DNA from: Octopus sinensis
Lineage: Eukaryota
NCBI RefSeq assembly: GCF_006345805.1
Contig: NC_042998.1
Span: forward strand, 71,052,001 to 71,116,000
Direction of reading: 5' to 3'
DNA: 64,000 nt
A program made the position numbers and the translations under genes. Positions 55,921 through 64,000 of the stretch are shown here, in pieces. Every line of letters starts with the position of its first letter. Position 1 is the stretch's first letter. Below the pieces are notes generated by a model, which did no database searches, was not told the DNA's origin, and worked only from the letters and a program-made list of their open reading frames with translations.

Positions 55921-58900
55921 AAATATTTCAATGTAAATAAAGAAAGCTAGATCATCACATCACCAGAACATCATGGTTACACCATTGCTTCAACTCTAAG
56001 TATGCACATACAAATAGACATTTCTTGTTACATATACAACGTATACATAATGTAAGACGTTTGAAAAATTAACTTGGTATGGTCAGTAAAGATTAGTATA
56101 TGTTTCTTCATATCAATTAATATGCTGGATCTAAAAACGTTCAAATTAAAATAAGGCTGCAGTTAAATGCGAAGCAGCCTCAAACAATGTAATGTGTCAT
56201 GCAAATCATGGTGAATAGTGGATACGATACACCACCGTAACGAAAAGCATTGCTCGGTTTATTGTCCCACCGAGGTTCTATTTGACTTCCCTTTGTTTGT
56301 ATAGCAGCTACTTGTATCAAGTTAGATATTGATAGCTTTTCTGGAAAAGTTAAAATCCATAAGCATAGTGTATTATGTATGTAGGTTCTTTTACGTACGT
56401 TGAGCTACTGATTCCCCCACTTTGGTTCTCTTTCCAATTAACTTCGTTAATTCATGAAAATCTCCACAGAAAATTTACTCCATGGTTATTTGCATCCTTT
56501 GAACGCCATGAGGTATGAGATCTTGCATAGAGATATTTTAGACAACTGTGGTTTACATTCCATACTTACTCCTTGACCATGTATTTCTGAATGAAATTAC
56601 ATGCAGTAAAACCTTTGAAAAACTGTGAAACGAAGGATGAGTCCCTAAGTTTCGCGCTTAGAAAAATAATTAATTCGCTCTTAAATCATTCGCTACCTTC
56701 GTATGGTTAAGTTATTAGATAATATATTTCTATGTTGACAGTATGGGCATGCCTGGAATATCATTGATTGTAGGTCATGCAAGTAGGGCTGTTTTGGACG
56801 GTAGAAAACAGCCACAACATTAATAATTTAAATTCACAAAATTTTCTTTGATTCAACCAGCTGTTACACAGTTTTATTACGACTGACGAATGTCTTATAC
56901 ACCACTTTTGATGTCCCGTAATTCAGTAAGTAATTAATGTTTAAAATGCAATTTATGTTATAATATCTGCTGAATTAATCAATGTGTTTACTTTAACACC
57001 AATGCTTATTGATTTTAAATATTTGTGAAATGGAACTAAGATAAAGAATATTGCTTGCCTCTCTAAATGGCACGTAACTGTTCTGTCTATATATGCTGTC
57101 AATAATTTCTTTAGTATAGTATCATGAATATATATAATCAGAAGCTTTTATATTTGAAAAGATTATTATAATGATTTTTATAACAAAATTATAAGGATTA
57201 TTACTTTCCGGAACCATGCGAAGCCCATAATCAGTTTATATTGTTCTACCGTAAAGAAATATAAAAAAAAAATAAAGCAAAATCAGAGAAAGGCGTTCCG
57301 CAGAGATCTGAGCTGGGATGTCAAGGTACAGAAGCATAGTGGTACTGCCCCTTTAATTTAATTCCTTCTCCCACCACCTCTGGGTTTTTTTTTGGTGCAT
57401 CACCCACTGTTTTCTTTTCTCTCCCTCACATCTTACTTATTTGCCTATTCTACCATTTGCAGAACTGAAATATGTACAACACCGAATTCGGTGCTTGTCA
57501 TTCCTGGCCTTCTGTCTCTTCTCAGTTACTCATAAATATCATTTCTTCCCGTCATATTTTCATTTTCGATTTTGTTTCTGATAAAATATTTTCTTTCAAT
57601 CTGCCTCAATCTCTCTCTCTCTTTTGGAGGAAGGATATTTGAAACATTAGACATTATTGTCATGCCATCATCATCGTCGTCGTCGTCGTCGATGTCATTA
57701 TCATCATCACCCATGATAACTTGCAATTGCATCCGTTGCAATAATAAACACCGCGGTACGTATCTCACCATCAGTAATTCACAATGTGTCATACCGACAT
57801 TGTCTTTCGTCAGATCAGGTCCTTATTATAGCTTTTTATCGACACAGTTCGATCTCTGAAGAACCGTTTACTAGATGTTCATTTGGCTGGATGTAAATTC
57901 TATTTTTTCGCAACCAGTATGGTAAAAGGTAATATACTTTGTAAAGAAGATAAAAATCAATGTTTGGACGGCATATCGTATTTATTTTAAAATAATAAAG
58001 CCGCAGTTATACCAGTAGTCAGAAAAAAATGTCTTCCAGCAGATTAACTCGATGTATTTTGATAGAATAAATAATGGAAATAAGTAAACTGGCAAATTTC
58101 TGTTCTGGTGTCATCATCAATCAACTTACTACAAGAAATTCTTTTCAGGTTGCATACATACATACCTATATACATACATACATACATACATACACACACA
58201 CATATATATATCTGTGTGTGTGTAAATATATGTATGTATACATACATACATACATACATATATATATATATGTAAATATATATGTGTGTATGTGGATATA
58301 CATATGTATGCGTATATATTATATATATAATATATATATATATATATTATATAATTATATATTTCATATATGTAAACATACACATATACACTATCTGGGA
58401 ATATAGACAACGTTGGAAATTTGCCAATGAATAAATATAAATATATTATTTGTGCAATATAAAAACATGTTATCGAAAAGAAATAATAAAATAAAAGAAA
58501 CTGAATTTTTGTGCTTTTGTGTAATAATTATATTTAAACTTCCAAATACAATCTGTCTTTCATAATATATTCTAGACTTTTCATGCCAAATCTGCATTGA
58601 CTCCATGAACAAAGATATAAAAAACAAAATAAACATGTGCCTTGGCATGTTGTCTGTGTGAACAGACACAAGACATATTCAGAACACATTTCCTCTTTTA
58701 AAAAGAATTAATCGCATAGAGAATAGTATCGGTGGATTACATTAAAGCTATGAGAAATATGTCATAAGTGTACAAATCACATGAATGACGGGATCATATC
58801 TGTTAGTTTATCTTCTGTCTGTAGTAACCTAACCAAGTGCAAAATATCTTGATATATAACAGAACCAAAAACTTTTATGGAAATAATCTGTAGTAAAACA

Positions 58901-61900
58901 TAGTGCCATCGACATATACCTCCTATATCATAGCACATTTTTGAAACGTGAAGGACGAATGAAGTAATATAACATTTAAGATCAAAACGTGACCACGTAA
59001 GAAGTGATTGTCCGATCAGGGCCGATTTCGAGCGAAACTGCGGTAATGTGCCTCATACTGAAATATGTTTTAAAATCTCGTAAAGGATCTAATCTTGATA
59101 TAGAAGATATTAAAAAAGAAAACAAAAATAAGACACAAATATTACCTCTACAGTGTTGATCGGATGAACTGTAAAAACATATAGGAAAATATTTACTAAA
59201 TACTCACATGTCAACTGGAAATTAAGCAAGACGGTGTACTCCATAAATCTTCAAGAAAAAAATATTTATGACTGAGAATAGAGTTCAGTAAATAAATAGC
59301 TTTACTAAAATGCACCTGTGTCCATATTTAACAAAATGATTAAATAAGCATAGTGATGTAATTAATAGAATCGTTGTAGTTACCGAATCTATACATCTTT
59401 ATCATCGGAGGCTATGATAGTTTACAGTTTGTGTCTGTGAGTCCAAAACCAGTCTTAAATGTAACTCTGAATGGGTAAAACTAATTCCAAAAGTCCCATG
59501 ATCAAAGCGTTCTAGTCATGACCATTCCATCTTATACTCTACTCATATATTCAAGACTTGAATGTAAAGCATATCCTTTTCCTGAAGGTTGTATGTTGAA
59601 TTAGCAGGGTGTTTATTTTTATTTTTAACAGATGAAGTAATTATGTAGACAATCTCATGATGATTCGGTGTCATATATCCTGCTTTGTATAAGATTGTAT
59701 AGCGTTATATCAGGCAAGGTTTGATACATGTATCCTAGTGATCGGGCGTCTTTAGTGTGAGAAAAATTAAAGTATTTAGAAGAGGGAAATCCTGTACTGA
59801 GATAGCATTATACGTGCAGTCGTCCTTTACTAGTTTACTTAACGAGTTGTTTAGTTTGGCACACGCAAAAACGTATACAAATACACATACGCACAGATAC
59901 AAACGCAGAATATCTGCCCAATCGCTAGTCCTATCGACTAAAGTTTCCCTTACATTACATATGGATGATATAGCCCGGAGCAGGCTGTTCCTAAAGTGTT
60001 TAAAAAATGAAAAGACTCGAATTCAAAGCCTTTAATGATAAAGCCTGCTAGACCAGAGCCGAGGTAGGGATACACAACGACAATAACAACAGAGACAATA
60101 AAGTAACATGAAAACGACCATATAGCTACATATATACTGTCAAGTGGTACATGCATATTAGATCTTGTGTCATCTACTTTGAAGATATACACTTCACAGG
60201 TATGATAAAACAGATTATATTTCACAAAAATTATTTGCAAGTTCAAATAAATTATTACTCAAATCACAGTTTTTTTTCATTTTGTTTTTGATAAAATGTT
60301 CTCATATCGCACAAAAAATATCTTAATATATTCATATTTATTCATAGACAAATTTCTATTATTGTTTTATTTCTATTTCTATTTTTTGTTTTCCTTTTAC
60401 TTTTTTCATCCCCTTATGCTCGAAAGATCTGGAAATTTCTGAATTTGCATCTGATAACTGTCTTGAATAAGCATGTGCATGCATGCAACGACATTACATT
60501 ATACAAATGTTGCAAATGTATTCTCTCTGGTGACTTTACACGTGAGCACACTTTGTATCTTGGTGCTACTACTTGCAATCAACCAAAGGCGACTACAATT
60601 GCTGAATTGTAATTCCACATCAGTTGCATCATTGATGATTGATCAGTCTTCGATCACGCTGTTGCGCTGAATTCAAAAGAGAAACGAATCTGAAAGTCAT
60701 TCATTTCTACCGAACAACACAATATCTCTCAATGTGTTTGTTTGTGTCTCTATGGCTGTCTATGTTGACGTATGATTAGATATGAGGCAGAGGAAAATAC
60801 TCACGGACACCTGAAAAAAATATAGCAAAGTTTTTTTTGTAAGCAATGCTGTGAAATATGATAGTGTAATTAAATCTAATTATTCCTCTACCTCTGTCTC
60901 TCCATCTCTTAGTCAATGTCTGTCACTCTATCTCTCTCTCTGTTAAATTTCTTATATATTTTCCTTTGTGTGTCTCTCTCTCCCGCCTCTTTTTCCATTT
61001 CTCCCTATCTCTACTTTCACCTCCGTATCTCACATCCACAATTGAATTTGCAAGTTTCAGTTATCTTTCTAACATAGATTATGACACTCCAAATTACCTC
61101 TGTGCAACAAATCTAACGAGCAATTTTTTGTCTTGTAAAAACCTCTCTCGTATATTTTCCATCTTTTTTCTTGCTCCTATCTTTCACTCTCATTTCATCT
61201 TTCTTTTCCCTCCTACTCTTTGTTATGTTTCCATCCCTCCTTGTCTGTATCTATTTGTCTGTCTGACATTCAATCCAAATATTGTTCTTTCTTTCCCATC
61301 TCTCTGACTCGCGTCTTTTCTTCGAAACACATCTCCCTCTAATTTACTTTCATTCTGTCCATCACCATAAACTGGTTAAATCACTCACCATTGCAGTGAG
61401 GGACAGACCGATATAATCTTCATTGTCAATATTTCCTTCTCACTCTGTCTCCTGTCTCACCGATATATTCTAATCGAAACATCTACCAATCTTTCTTTAT
61501 AACTCTCCCTTCGTTCTCTAACTGTTCTCTAAATCTCTCTTCCTTCTAGTTTGTCCAACACCCTCAACCTCACTTCATCTCAATATACTGTTATATCTCT
61601 AAATCAGTCCAATCTTCTCTGATTGAATTACCAGCAAGAATTATCTAAAAATGTAACAATTCTGTCACTGGAAAGAACATTGCTCTTAATTGAAGCATAC
61701 TTTCACTCTCCCCATTTGTCGAAACGAACAGCTAAGTAGTCGTTAATACGGAACACGAACGTAAAGATACCAGATTAATCGTTAGTCTAATATTCCAATA
61801 TTCCAATATTCGTTCTAACCGTATTTTATAGCACATGTCTAGTCAAACGTTATAATCAAATATGGTTACGATCTTTAGACAGAGTGGACCATTAGTCTTC

Positions 61901-62224
61901 AAATTGAATTTTACTGTAGGTCAGTATTTCTTCTTTGAGAAACATTAGTCTCTCCTCATGTTACAATGTCTGTTAAAATTCAAGAATGTATTCACTCTCA
62001 GTTCTGTCTCTCTCCACTCGAGTAATGAAATTTATATTCCGCGCTTGAATATACATAGCTGAAATCATAGTCGATACAATGGCCGTAATTAAAATAAATG
62101 ACAATGGGATTTAAAAATGGAAACTTACTTTGCAAAAAGATTCTGTGGTCACTCGCACTCGTTCATATGCATGAAATATTGAGGAGTATACACACGCGTT
62201 TGCACGCACACGGGCACACACACA

Positions 62225-62270
<46 letters not shown>

Positions 62271-62479
62271 CTACAATGCTAAATAAACAGAAAGATTTCA
62301 CGGTTGGAAACTATAGACACACATATATAAACCCAAAATCACAAAGATTTATTATGCATGCATAGGCAAGTATGTGTATATCCATATATAGATAGAAGTT
62401 AGTATATGTGAGTATCGAGATGACATCATTACAATAGAAGTCTAGTTTCTTTCCATTTAAAAATGATGACGCACATGCA

Positions 62480-62640
62480 CGCATACATACATACATACAT
62501 ACACACACACATACATATACACATACACACACACATACATACATACATACATACATACATACATACATACATACATACATACATACATACATACATACAT
62601 AAATACAAGCATACATACATACACACATACACACGCATAT
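62480..62640. repeat. (CATA)n/(CA)n microsatellite
   Basis: Direct reading. Confidence 0.95.
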
Positions 62641-63349
62641 CTAAATACCAAAGAAAGAATTTTTTTCTCTTAGAAACGATCTCCTTCCTTAGATTTCAAA
62701 TAGTTAAAAAATAGAAGACATCACGCACACACACATACACATAGAGGCGCGCACTCTCACACACATTTATAAATAAGCGTACATATATATCTCTGTGTAT
62801 ATGTTTTTTAAACATTTTTTTCTTTGTTAAATAAACAGAGAAAGATTATTCAATACATGTTCTAGAAAATATTTGTATGCAGCTGGCGAGTCATTCGATA
62901 TGATCCTCCAGATTACAATAGATTACAATAGAATGGCGTATTTCGCTCTACAGGAAATCCGTAAACAATGGAGCATATAACATTTCTTTTAGCTCACAAG
63001 TCATGTGGTATGGCGATATTGAAATTTAGTGTATGTTTAGTCAATTACTGCGAGGAAAGTCTTGATTTCAATATTCCCATTGAGGGGTTTCATTGTTTGG
63101 GAGTTCAGGATTATACTTAGGTAGCTATGTATTATTAGAATCAGGATAATTCTATGCTGTATATATTTAGAATGATCGTAGTGAGCGTGATTAACTAACC
63201 GAATCGATAGAACGTCGTAAAAATATCATTGCATTATTTCTTCTGTTTTTTTTCTGGTGGAATCTGTGTTCAGATTCCACTGCTATTAAATTTCTACAAA
63301 ATAAAGTACCTTTCAAGCACTGTACTTAAAGGTATCAACGAACTCCCTG

Positions 63350-63452
63350 TCCTTATTTCAGCACATGCACGTATGTTACAAACAATTGTTTCAGGCCTTC
63401 CTCCTATGACAGACACAAGTAATTACGCTATTTGTATATTGAACACCCTGTA
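63350..63452 (+). mobile_element. Possible Tc1/maT-like terminal remnant
   Basis: Ends in GAACACCCTGTA, like the terminus at 21259-21267; no coding evidence. Confidence 0.3.
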
Positions 63453-64000
63453 AAGAAATACTAACTGATTATACTAACTGACACAGATATTTCCGTATTA
63501 TAAAACCTTCGGTATCCGCAAGATGAGGATTCGTTCCAGAGTAATGTAAAGAATTGTATAATATCCTAGCCAATGATAAAATTACTTTACAAATATACTA
63601 GAGCGGCGTTGATTTGAGGGATATAAGAAACAGTACAGGCATCACAGAAACTTGGAGGAATAGTAAAGTGTAAATGAATGTTTTTGTTGCAGATATGTGG
63701 GCCAAAGAGTAATTGATTGTTAAACTGAAGTCTAGATAGGTAAGAATGTTACATTTCAGAGCGACGTTGGAATATAGAGTGAAGCGTGAAAAGTTGAAGT
63801 GGATTAGTGATGTATCAAAAACAAATTATATATAAAATTCGATGTTGAACTGAAGGAGAGAGAATCATTCTGTCTATAAATTGTTATCCCTTCATGAGTT
63901 TCAGTTTGTATTTATTGTGAAACTCTGTAGAGAGAATAGCAAAAAAAATTCCACTGATGATGGTTATGAAATGTGGTAAGTGTATTACCTTTCCTTTCGA

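Overview
AT-rich, microsatellite-dense eukaryotic DNA with no host protein-coding gene I can support. The tRNA-derived SINE families resemble those I recall from Octopus, so it is probably an intronic or intergenic cephalopod window (organism inferred, not verified). It is a mosaic of SINEs, decayed DD37D (maT-like) and mariner transposons, R4/Dong-type RLE LINE fragments, a CR1/L2-type RT fragment and Penelope-like GIY-YIG fragments. Three things stand out. (1) A head-to-tail array of three young Tx1/L1-clade 3' ends, each embedded in (TCTA)n, from at least two independent insertions, suggesting a microsatellite-targeting retroelement. (2) About eight hammerhead-ribozyme-like motifs with non-canonical cores (U3-A8 covariant UUGANAA, A6U, U4C); the one downstream of a Penelope ORF has an intact catalytic core. 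(3) A cluster of long foldback inverted repeats in the first 8 kb. All alignments, translations and folds were done by eye; element boundaries are approximate unless a TSD or junction is quoted.
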